Shown here: piece by piece, positions 53,520 to 61,982 of the stretch | Layout of the letters: each line of letters starts with the position of its first letter | How positions within the stretch are numbered: position 1 is the stretch's first letter | Origin: Obrimoposthia wandeli | Lineage: Eukaryota | Reading direction: 5' to 3' | Assembly (NCBI GenBank): GCA_977020255.1 | Contig: CDROCS010000998.1 | Location: forward strand, 124,001 to 188,000 | DNA: 64,000 nt | Notes under the pieces: model-generated | Told to the model about the DNA's origin: nothing | The model's input: the letters and a program-made list of their open reading frames with translations, nothing else | Databases searched by the model: none | Program-made: the position numbers and the translations under genes

Positions 53520-53655
53520 CTCTAGATCTAAGTTGCAGTCATATATTCGGCATCTAAGTTAAACTTGTGCCCTGATGTAAATCCGCACTCTTCTTCCTCA
53601 TCAGAGCCATGGCCTCAAACGGCCGTGTTGCAAAACAGGTTTTAGAAGAGCAGGT
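53520..53655 (-). ncRNA. Predicted bridge RNA/seekRNA of the IS1111 element
   Basis: Target guides at 53626-53634 and 53602-53608 and donor guides at 53573-53580 and 53540-53546, each pair separated by a stem-loop. Boundaries approximate. Confidence 0.75.
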
Positions 53656-53745
53656 ATGACCTATCGTTCATCATTAAAATTAACTCACGCAAACTTGTTG
53701 AAATTACTGTCATTTAGTTAATGTTAGACTACTTAATATTGTGTA

Positions 53746-54792
53746 TTAGGCAGCCACCGTTTTATTGTTGAGATCAAATTCATTTCCCGTATTCAGAATA
53801 GACCAGATAATCCTGGCATTCTTATTTGCTAGTGCAACCGCTGCTTTGTTAAAACTAAGCGAACATTTCTTCTGTGTTAACCAACGGCCATATTCGTTAT
53901 CTAAGTTTTTACACTTCGATAAGGCGGCTCTGGCACCGTGAATGAGCAGCGTTCGCAGGTATACATCGCCTCGTTTGCTGATACCCAACAAAATCTGTTT
54001 GTCTCCGCTTGAATGTTGCCTTGTCACTAGACCAAGCCATGCAGACATATGTCGACCATTCTTAAATACATGTGGATTTGGAACAGCGGAAATCATTGCT
54101 GTTGCTGTTAGCTCACCCACGCCGGGTATTTTCATTATTCGTTGGCAGGCTTCATTCTGACGACAAATCTGTTTGACCTTTTTTTCTAAATGTTTCAATT
54201 TCCCTTCAATATCGACTAATTCATTGTAGAGGTCACTCATGAATTCGCGAGACGATACTGTCAATTCATTGTTTTTATCAGAAATAATCAAACAAAGCTC
54301 TGCTCTAATCTTTGATGCTCCCGTTGGAATCGCGATCCCATACTCCAAATTGAGTCCTCTAATCTCATTAATCAGTGCTGTTCTATTTTTAACTAATCGG
54401 CTTCTAATTCGATGTAGAGACTGTATATCTTGTTGTTCAACTTGCTTGATAGGAACGAAATGCATTGACGGTCTGCTGGCTGCTTCAGTGATGGCTTCGG
54501 CATCATTCGCATCATTTTTGTTTGTTTTAACAAACGGCTTTACGAACTGAGGACTAATGAGTTTCACTGTATGCCCTGACCATTGAAAGACGCGAGCCCA
54601 ATAGTTGGCTCCTCCACAAGACTCCATGACAATCGTGCACGGTGGTATGTTAGCGATATATTCAGCCAATTTACCTCTTGATAGGCGCTTTTTTAAAACA
54701 GCTTTACCATTATAATCAACACCATGCAGTTGAAACATATTCTTAGCAATATCAATACCCAGTAAGTTAATGATCATCACTCTATCTCCCAC
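53746..54792 (-). CDS. IS110/IS1111 DEDD recombinase (transposase)
   Basis: LGIDIAK, VMESCG, KNDANDA (RuvC-like DEDD); Tnp domain WLGLVTRQHSSGDK with the conserved Ser. Confidence 0.96.
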   Translation of the reverse strand: MGDRVMIINLLGIDIAKNMFQLHGVDYNGKAVLKKRLSRGKLAEYIANIPPCTIVMESCGGANYWARVFQWSGHTVKLISPQFVKPFVKTNKNDANDAEAITEAASRPSMHFVPIKQVEQQDIQSLHRIRSRLVKNRTALINEIRGLNLEYGIAIPTGASKIRAELCLIISDKNNELTVSSREFMSDLYNELVDIEGKLKHLEKKVKQICRQNEACQRIMKIPGVGELTATAMISAVPNPHVFKNGRHMSAWLGLVTRQHSSGDKQILLGISKRGDVYLRTLLIHGARAALSKCKNLDNEYGRWLTQKKCSLSFNKAAVALANKNARIIWSILNTGNEFDLNNKTVAA

Positions 54793-54878
54793 TTATCAAT
54801 TAATTGCTTATTAATTGTCACCATAATCATAGCCTGGCGGGGCGTTATGGAGTGGGATGATTCATTACATTAGAGCCG

Positions 54879-54907
54879 ACTTCACTTGCCGCTGTTCGAC
54901 ATCCGCT
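54879..54907 (-). mobile_element. 29-bp internal fragment of an IS6 transposase gene
   Basis: ACTTCACTTGCCGCTGTTCGACATCCGCT matches the transposase interior of both IS6 copies with 1 mismatch. Confidence 0.7.
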
Positions 54908-55126
54908 TGTTAATCAAAAAATCAAACATAAGACGATAACACCGAATAAAAAAGCATGTTGGTATGTTTTGTTTTTGTTCTTCTTCACTGTTGAACGGCA
55001 TGTAAGCCTAGTTGCGTGACGTTCAGCATTTAAGGTATAACGGGGATAATATATAGGGGTCATAGTTACCAGCTCCTTATTCTTTATATGTTTATTATCT
55101 AAAGATTTACCGGAATAAAGAACGAT

Positions 55127-56848
55127 ATGATGTCTAATCAAGGTTCCCCTTTTATCTCATTGATTCACTTACAGCGTTTGAAGCAACTGTATAGTGCTTT
55201 TGGCCAGACGCCATCTTATGTCGATATGAATCAACTGACAGGCATCTTTTTCTGCTCAGACAGAAATGCCAGTAAGTTAATGAACATATTAAAAAATAAA
55301 GGTTTTATTGAGTGGGTGCCAGGGCGGGGGCGCGGCAATAAATCAGCCCTATCACTACCAATGTCTTTTGAAGAAATACTACTGAAACAGCTTGAGTATC
55401 AAGTTTGTTCAGGGAAAATTAATGAGGCGTTCGTATACGCTGAGCACTTTGAAAAGCGCACTCTTTTGCAAAAGAAGCTTCCCCTTTGGTTGAATGAAAC
55501 AAAAGTTGAGTTATCAAAAGCAAATACCTTACTGTATATCGTGTCTTATTCGTTCCCAGAATGTCGACCTATGTATGCACGGTCTTCCAGTTCTATCTTG
55601 TTATTAGAAGCAGTCTTCGACACACTCGTTCGTTATGACGAAGACACAGGAAAAATTCGTCCTCATCTCGCCCATCATTATTATTTTAAGGATAATCAGT
55701 ACCACTTCCGATTACGTCCTGATATCTATTTTCATAATGGTGAACGATTAAGGCCACAGCATATAAAAAGTTGTTTTGATTATCGTTGTATAACAGAACA
55801 TCCCTATCTGATTTTATATCGTCATATCGAAAAAATAGAAATAAAAGATGATTGGGTCATCTTTCATTTGAAACAAAAAGATCCCACCTTTTTACACCTA
55901 TTGACTGATATCCATAGTGCAGTCTTTTATATGGATCCGACTCAAACCAAGGTCTCTGAAGAAAAATTTAACCAAGCTATTGGAACAGGGGCATATAGCC
56001 TCTCTCACCAAGAAAAAGATCATTGGATATTGAGTAAATTTGACCGTTATTTTGGTATTGGAGGATTAATTGAACGTGCGGAATTTTGGTCTACACAACA
56101 TCAAGAAGCAATTCAATCAGGGCATGTTTACGAAAAATGTCCCGTTCAATTAGAAGACCATGAAAACGCCCATTCTGTTGAGCAGCATGCTTGCGCTACT
56201 TTAGAATTTGCCAACCATAAGAATCCATTAAGTATTGATGAACGGGCTTGGTTAATACACAAGATTCGACAGTTTGCTGTAGATCACAACACACCAATCA
56301 ATTCACTTGCCAATAGTATTATGCCTTACCATCAAAAAAGAGCCTTTCATCTTTTTCATCATACGATGAAAAAGCCCGAGAGAACTATTTCGGTTCAATA
56401 CCGAAAAGGGGATGAATGGGAGTTAAAACCACTCTTTGACTACCTTGATTTACATGGTATTTCAGTTTCACATCATGTTGTCGAAAGAAGTAATTATCCA
56501 TGGAATGGTAGTGACGGTGTTGATTTGTACTATAGCTGTTATGTATTTGGTAATAATCTGTCTTTTCAATACTACGAATGGTTACTCACAGGTAATATTT
56601 TTCAAACCTGTTTAAATGTAAAAGAGCGACGTAGCCTGTTACTTTTTGTTGATACCATAATGCAAGAAAGTAGTGATAATACTGATTTTATGGAAAAGCT
56701 TTACCGTGGAGAAGATTGGTTAATTCAAAATTGCCATTACATTCCGTTATGGCGTGATCACGCCTTCTACAACATATCAGACAAACTACATGGTAAGAAA
56801 ATGGACAACATGGGTGTGATGTCGTTAGCTCAACTTTGGTTAGAGTAA
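55127..56848 (+). CDS. SgrR family transcriptional regulator (HTH plus solute-binding protein family 5 domain)
   Basis: FCSDRNAS...GFIEWVPGRGRGNKSAL; VFDTLVRYD, PHLAHHY, FRLRPDIYFHNG, GTGAY. Confidence 0.88.
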   Translation: MMSNQGSPFISLIHLQRLKQLYSAFGQTPSYVDMNQLTGIFFCSDRNASKLMNILKNKGFIEWVPGRGRGNKSALSLPMSFEEILLKQLEYQVCSGKINEAFVYAEHFEKRTLLQKKLPLWLNETKVELSKANTLLYIVSYSFPECRPMYARSSSSILLLEAVFDTLVRYDEDTGKIRPHLAHHYYFKDNQYHFRLRPDIYFHNGERLRPQHIKSCFDYRCITEHPYLILYRHIEKIEIKDDWVIFHLKQKDPTFLHLLTDIHSAVFYMDPTQTKVSEEKFNQAIGTGAYSLSHQEKDHWILSKFDRYFGIGGLIERAEFWSTQHQEAIQSGHVYEKCPVQLEDHENAHSVEQHACATLEFANHKNPLSIDERAWLIHKIRQFAVDHNTPINSLANSIMPYHQKRAFHLFHHTMKKPERTISVQYRKGDEWELKPLFDYLDLHGISVSHHVVERSNYPWNGSDGVDLYYSCYVFGNNLSFQYYEWLLTGNIFQTCLNVKERRSLLLFVDTIMQESSDNTDFMEKLYRGEDWLIQNCHYIPLWRDHAFYNISDKLHGKKMDNMGVMSLAQLWLE

Positions 56849-56996
56849 GCTAACAAATAAGAATCGCTATGTTCATGATTAGGTGCCTCAACCCGCACGT
56901 AATTCAGGGCAGTTCGACGAAACTTATTACCGATAGCAATGGATTCAAACAACGAAAACGCGTCTAGCTGATGATTTCGCTTACTGAGAATACTTT

Positions 56997-57028
56997 CGAT
57001 AATGTACTACAAATGTAGTACATTATCG
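56997..57028. repeat. Perfect 15-bp inverted repeat
   Basis: CGATAATGTACTACA-AA-TGTAGTACATTATCG. Confidence 0.9.
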
Positions 57029-57323
57029 TTACCTAAACGCACTGATTAAACCCATACCTTCACCACCTACACTGCATGTTCGTAGGCGCCCCATCATGGT
57101 GATATACATGGTAATGGGTTTGTTCTCATCGTTATGAAACATTAAAAAATCAACTTCGAGATCGCCACTGTTGAATATTGGCCAACTTCTAATGCCATCT
57201 AACCCTATTTTGGCTTTGGATGCATAGACAGGAAGATCCCTGTCTATGTTTATGATGAAGCATTAGTTACTACCGCAGGTAGCCTACATTCATTTACTAT
57301 AGATTCAGAAAGTTTGTTTATAT

Positions 57324-59318
57324 TTAACTTCCAGGACCAAAGCCAGCTAAACAATTAATAAAATCTTCTAAGCTTATACTGTTACCAGTAAGATAATTTG
57401 TAATGATAGTACATTGCTCATCAACGGCATTTGTAACACTTGTGTCACTTCCTCCAAGCGAGGAGCCACCAAAGTAATCATAATTGCTAATGGAGTTATC
57501 GACACCAGGTAGCTTTGAATTAAAACCAAAACTATAACGTAAGCGGTCATTAATTTTCTTATCAAAAACAAACACTTTTCCGGTATCTACCATTCCAGGT
57601 TTTTTATCATACCCTGGAGCTGAAAAAACCAATTCAATTGTTTGATCATTATTATTGAATGAGCCGACTGAAGCTAAGTTTGTACCAAATGCATCTCCGG
57701 CTTTATTCTGTGAACTTTTAACATAATTGGTAAAAGTATAAGCAATATTACTATTTTGATAATTACTATCAGAGTAAATATAGGCAGCCCCAGAATCTTG
57801 AGCTTGATTGTTCTGTTGACCAGGGTTTTGGCAACTCCCTTGATTATTATTCCCCTCTACATGAGTACCACAATTATCTTCACCTGGGGCTCCAATCATT
57901 AAATCATCATGGCCATCAATAAACAAATTTGCACCAAATTGATCATTAGCATCAGGGTTTGGGGCTTTAATATAGGCCACCTCTTGTAATTTCGTGTTTT
58001 TTACATCAAAGACGTAGACAGCTCCAGACTTCCCGATTCTATTATCTAATTTAACATTTGAATTAAGAGGAGAATTACCGCATACACTTTCCCCATTAAT
58101 TTTCATATTGGGGTTAGTGAGCATGCCATTTACGCCTGCAGAACATCCTGCTTCACCTGGTGCTCCAACAATTATTTTATTATCATTGTTATCAAACGAT
58201 AATGCGCTACCAAACATATCACCAGAGTCTGTATTTGATGGTTTAATATATTCTTTAAGCATCCATTGATTATTCACACGAGCATAATAGTAAACAGCAC
58301 CGGAGTCTCTAGCTGAATTATCCCACATATTTGGATTTGGATTTGTACCACATACAGAGCCATTACCTAAACGTTTATTATCATTTGTACCAAGCCCACC
58401 AATCCCAGTTCCACAATTGTCTTCACCAGGTGTTCCTACTAATAATTGATCGCCATCTGAATCTAATGCAAGAGCTGAACCAAACATATCACTAGGGTCA
58501 GTATTAGGTGCTTTTATATATGCGTCTAGTATCCACTTATCAACTTGTTTTTTATAGATATAAACGGCACCAGAATCTCGAGCACTATTGTCATTTAAGC
58601 CTGGGTTAACATAAGTGCCACAAACAGAATTGTGACCTAAACGTTGATTTAAATTTTTACCAGTACCACCAACACCTATTCCACAATTATCTTCACCTGT
58701 TGCCGCAACAGCAATTGTACTACCATCGGCACTAATATGGATAACGCCGCCAAAGTTATCTTCTAGACTAGGGTTTGGTGCTTTAATATACGTTGTAAAC
58801 GTGAGAAGTTTATTACCAGATTCTGTAATAATATTATTATTATTTGCAAAATCACCATTACCTTCAAAAAGGTACACTGCACCTATATGAACTGAATCTA
58901 ATGGATTCCCCGAATCAGCATTACTCCCCATATCATATGAGTTACATTGAACTCGACTGTAAGGTCCTATTAAATTAGCATGTTCCGTGGCCCCAATATT
59001 TGCGCCACAACCTGATTCACCAGGGGCACCAACAGCAAGAACTTGACTGTTACTTGAAATAATTGCGGCCTCCCCAAAGTTATCAGAATAATCTGCATTT
59101 GGAGCTTTTATTAACGCTGTTCCTAACTGCCCTTGTAATGTCCTCCATTTCAAATAAACAGCACCTGAGTTTGTTAAAGAATCACTTCCTGGCTGGTTAA
59201 AAGCACTGTCTTCAAAAGGTGCACCGATAACGATAGGTGAAAAACTAGAACTACTGGCTAAAGGTGCACACATATAACTAGCCAGTGTAATAGAAATTGC
59301 TGCTCTTAATATGTTCAT
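57324..59318 (-). CDS. Secreted FG-GAP/integrin-alpha-like repeat protein
   Basis: ATG 59318 with signal peptide; repeated YIKAPN..D.FG...GAPGED.CG....SGAVY blades. Confidence 0.8.
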   Translation of the reverse strand: MNILRAAISITLASYMCAPLASSSSFSPIVIGAPFEDSAFNQPGSDSLTNSGAVYLKWRTLQGQLGTALIKAPNADYSDNFGEAAIISSNSQVLAVGAPGESGCGANIGATEHANLIGPYSRVQCNSYDMGSNADSGNPLDSVHIGAVYLFEGNGDFANNNNIITESGNKLLTFTTYIKAPNPSLEDNFGGVIHISADGSTIAVAATGEDNCGIGVGGTGKNLNQRLGHNSVCGTYVNPGLNDNSARDSGAVYIYKKQVDKWILDAYIKAPNTDPSDMFGSALALDSDGDQLLVGTPGEDNCGTGIGGLGTNDNKRLGNGSVCGTNPNPNMWDNSARDSGAVYYYARVNNQWMLKEYIKPSNTDSGDMFGSALSFDNNDNKIIVGAPGEAGCSAGVNGMLTNPNMKINGESVCGNSPLNSNVKLDNRIGKSGAVYVFDVKNTKLQEVAYIKAPNPDANDQFGANLFIDGHDDLMIGAPGEDNCGTHVEGNNNQGSCQNPGQQNNQAQDSGAAYIYSDSNYQNSNIAYTFTNYVKSSQNKAGDAFGTNLASVGSFNNNDQTIELVFSAPGYDKKPGMVDTGKVFVFDKKINDRLRYSFGFNSKLPGVDNSISNYDYFGGSSLGGSDTSVTNAVDEQCTIITNYLTGNSISLEDFINCLAGFGPGS

Positions 59319-59604
59319 AATTACTTCCCACATTAATATGTTTTTGAGTTTACTTTTAGTTGCAAGCGTTAAATTACTCTCAACAATAAAACAATGTATA
59401 AAAAACAAACTAAAACGGAAGGGGCGCCTAAAAATACGCACGTAAATTAGGCAATGTTGGGCTGATGATCATAAATTGCACTAATTTTTAGACACACAGT
59501 CGGGCATAATGTATGAATAATAACATCCCGTCAGGCTAGACTTTGTTTACAGCACTAAAACTACGTGGTCTTTTGATACAATTAATTATTGGCATTCAGA
59601 GGAG

Positions 59605-60466
59605 GGGTCTGTTGCAACTAATCAGGTAAGGCAGATCGACCCCAGTGATGGGCTCAATGATTACTGGTAAACAACCTCAACATTGAAGAGGCGATTCATG
59701 AAGGCGGATCTCTCCCGCACAAGAGTTTTACGTTCATCATGACGTAACCAACAATCAAATTGCCCCTTGTTCAACATCCGTAATGATTCGAATCCTTGGA
59801 TAGTTGACCAGGCTCGCTTTCGTATTTTAAACCCACCGGTGGCGACAACGAGTTTCTTTATTGGGGCGTGATCAGACTCGATACCGTTATTGAGGTACTT
59901 CACTTGCCGCTGCTCGACATCCGCTCGCAGTCGTCCCTCCTTCTTCAAGCGAGCAATCGCATTGGCGTATGAGGAATGTTTGTCGGTGTTTAATGTTTTA
60001 GGCTGATTGTCTACGTCGTAATATCTCAGGCAACGCCTAAGAAACTGATAAGCGGCTTCTTTATTACGTTTGTGGGAGAAATAGAAATCCAGCGTCTCGC
60101 CTTGTTTATTGATAGCACGGTAAAGGTAGTGCCATTTCCCCTTCACTTTTACGTAGGTTTCATCGAGCTGCCACGAAGAGTCTGTCCGAATGAATTGATG
60201 GCGACGTAGCCTCTTACGTAATACTGGGGCATATTCAATAAACCAACGATAAATGGTCGAGCGATTAACCGAAATCCCCCGCTCTGCCAGCATGTCGCTG
60301 AGGTTCGCGTAGCTCATTGGTGTCGAACCATACCAACGAAGGCACCAAAGGATGATTTCAGGAGCAAAGTGTTTCCATTTGAATTCTGGGTTGGTCATTG
60401 AGTCGCTAGATTAGAGAGGGAAAAGAAGGGATTCTGAGCCTTGGTTAAATTTTTTGCAACAGACCC
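59605..60466 (-). mobile_element. IS6-family element copy 2, intact (862 bp)
   Basis: GGGTCTGTTGCAA at 59605 and TTGCAACAGACCC at 60454-60466. Confidence 0.95.
59661..60398 (-). CDS. IS6 family DDE transposase
   Basis: 245 aa, near-identical to 52677-53414. Confidence 0.96.
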   Translation of the reverse strand: MTNPEFKWKHFAPEIILWCLRWYGSTPMSYANLSDMLAERGISVNRSTIYRWFIEYAPVLRKRLRRHQFIRTDSSWQLDETYVKVKGKWHYLYRAINKQGETLDFYFSHKRNKEAAYQFLRRCLRYYDVDNQPKTLNTDKHSSYANAIARLKKEGRLRADVEQRQVKYLNNGIESDHAPIKKLVVATGGFKIRKRAWSTIQGFESLRMLNKGQFDCWLRHDERKTLVRERSAFMNRLFNVEVVYQ

Positions 60467-60552
60467 TTAAGTGTTGGGAAAATTTTTTTCTACAAGATAT
60501 ATTACCATTTTTAGAAAGTTCAACCAATGTAAGGGCATATTCAATGTACCAA

Positions 60553-61671
60553 GGCTTTGTTGAATCGCTCAGATAACGCTCAATTATTCCATTAGCACTG
60601 AGTTCAGCTATTATAACTAGCCTTTCATTCCGGTTAGCTGTTTAACACATGCCTTACAAATACAATGACGCCAAACGCCATCATTTCAAGAAACATACCT
60701 ACGCCTTAAATAACTATCGAGAGTACAACCTGGCTCTTAAGCAACGCGGGCGGTTCGACATTTGGATATCTGACGATATCATCAAACATTGGCAACATGA
60801 TGAACGTGTTTATGATGGTACCGGTTCTTCTGTTAAGTATCCTGACAGCACCATCGAAGCCTTCCATTACATCCGATTGGTGTATAAACTTCCTCTACGT
60901 CAAGCTCAGGGGTTTATTGAAAACTTACTGATGAAGCTTGGTATGGACGGCCTTCAATGCCCTGATTATACGTTGTTATCAAAGCGGCTGAAGCAACTTA
61001 ATATTACGGTGCCACGCTTTAGAAAACATGAAAGGCCAGATGACAAAATTGCTGCAGTAGCTATTGATTCAACGGGGCTCAAGCGATTCGGGAAGGATGA
61101 ATGGTATCAAGAAAAACATAAGGTTAATGCAAAACGCAGCTGGCGAAAAGCGCACTTTGCTGTTGATGAAGCTCACTTCATTCAAAGCGCAGTACTCACC
61201 GATAAAAATACGATGGATGATCAGGTTGTCGGGACGTTATGCCAGTCCATCATTACGGATGTCGAGCACGTCAGTGCCGACAAAATGTATGATACCAATG
61301 CGGTGTACCAAACATTAGAAGCCCATTTTCCGAATGATGAAATTGTTATTCCGCCGAAAGACAATACGTTTGCCGATGAGGCTCATCACCCAAAGAGGAT
61401 GAGCAACCTGATAGGTTGCTTTGCCCTTGGTATTATCGGTTGGCAGAGCGTGTGGCAATACGGTAAAAGGAATATCTCAGAAACAGCCATGCAACGTTAC
61501 AAGAAGATAATCGGCAATAAACTACACTGCAGAAAGATTGAAAACCAATCAAAGGAAATGTTACTCGGTTGTTCTATTTTAAATCGCTTTACTCAGCTCG
61601 GGATGCCCAATAGCTATCGAGTCGCCTAACCGTATCAAAAGACCACAAAGTTTTAGTGTTGCAACAATGCC
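60553..61671 (+). mobile_element. IS5 family (IS903 group) element
   Basis: GGCTTTGTTGAAT left end and TGCAACAATGCC right end. Confidence 0.85.
60649..61629 (+). CDS. IS5/IS903-group transposase
   Basis: CPDYTLLSKR, IDSTGLKRFGKDEW, SWRKAHFAVD, SADKMYDT, YGKRNISETAM. Confidence 0.92.
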   Translation: MPYKYNDAKRHHFKKHTYALNNYREYNLALKQRGRFDIWISDDIIKHWQHDERVYDGTGSSVKYPDSTIEAFHYIRLVYKLPLRQAQGFIENLLMKLGMDGLQCPDYTLLSKRLKQLNITVPRFRKHERPDDKIAAVAIDSTGLKRFGKDEWYQEKHKVNAKRSWRKAHFAVDEAHFIQSAVLTDKNTMDDQVVGTLCQSIITDVEHVSADKMYDTNAVYQTLEAHFPNDEIVIPPKDNTFADEAHHPKRMSNLIGCFALGIIGWQSVWQYGKRNISETAMQRYKKIIGNKLHCRKIENQSKEMLLGCSILNRFTQLGMPNSYRVA

Positions 61672-61982
61672 ATATGCCCCATCAAGTAAATCACTATTAC
61701 AAGAAAGCGCAATTAAATCATTAATATAAATGATTTATTCCTTTAAACAAAAGGACGTTAAAATTATCTAATTTGTGTATAACAGACAGAAATAAACCTC
61801 CTTATATATTTTCTAATACGTCAATAATAAAGGTCGAATATTTTTATTTTTTATTTTAATTACTTTGATACTTCGATTTTTTAAACGCTTAGGTCTACTT
61901 TTATAACTAATGAAAAACACCATAACCAACATTCATCAATCTCTTATCGCTTTTTTAAGTGCAACAATGTGGGTGAGTAATA

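Larger units (their letters stand above)
53476..54872 (-). mobile_element. IS110 family, IS1111 subgroup element (1397 bp)
   Basis: 12-bp subterminal repeats ATGAACCATCCC (53479-53490) and GGGATGATTCAT (54854-54865) lie 3 and 7 nt from the ends; removal restores the IS6 repeat. Confidence 0.92.
52622..54877 (-). mobile_element. IS6-family element copy 1 (52622-53475 plus 54873-54877), terminal repeat split by IS1111
   Basis: GGGTCTGTTGCAA at 52622; the other end TTGCAACA|GAGCC is reconstituted across the IS1111 insertion. Confidence 0.9.

Noticed and set aside
53621-53635. GGCCGTGTTGCAAAA as another IS6 terminal repeat
   Set aside because: It lies inside the IS1111 boundaries and is better explained as stem arm plus target guide.
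60533-61680. Target-site duplication around the IS903-like element
   Set aside because: The flanks ATGTACCAA and ATATGCCCC do not match; only an offset inverted GGGCATAT/ATATGCCC is seen, too short to interpret.
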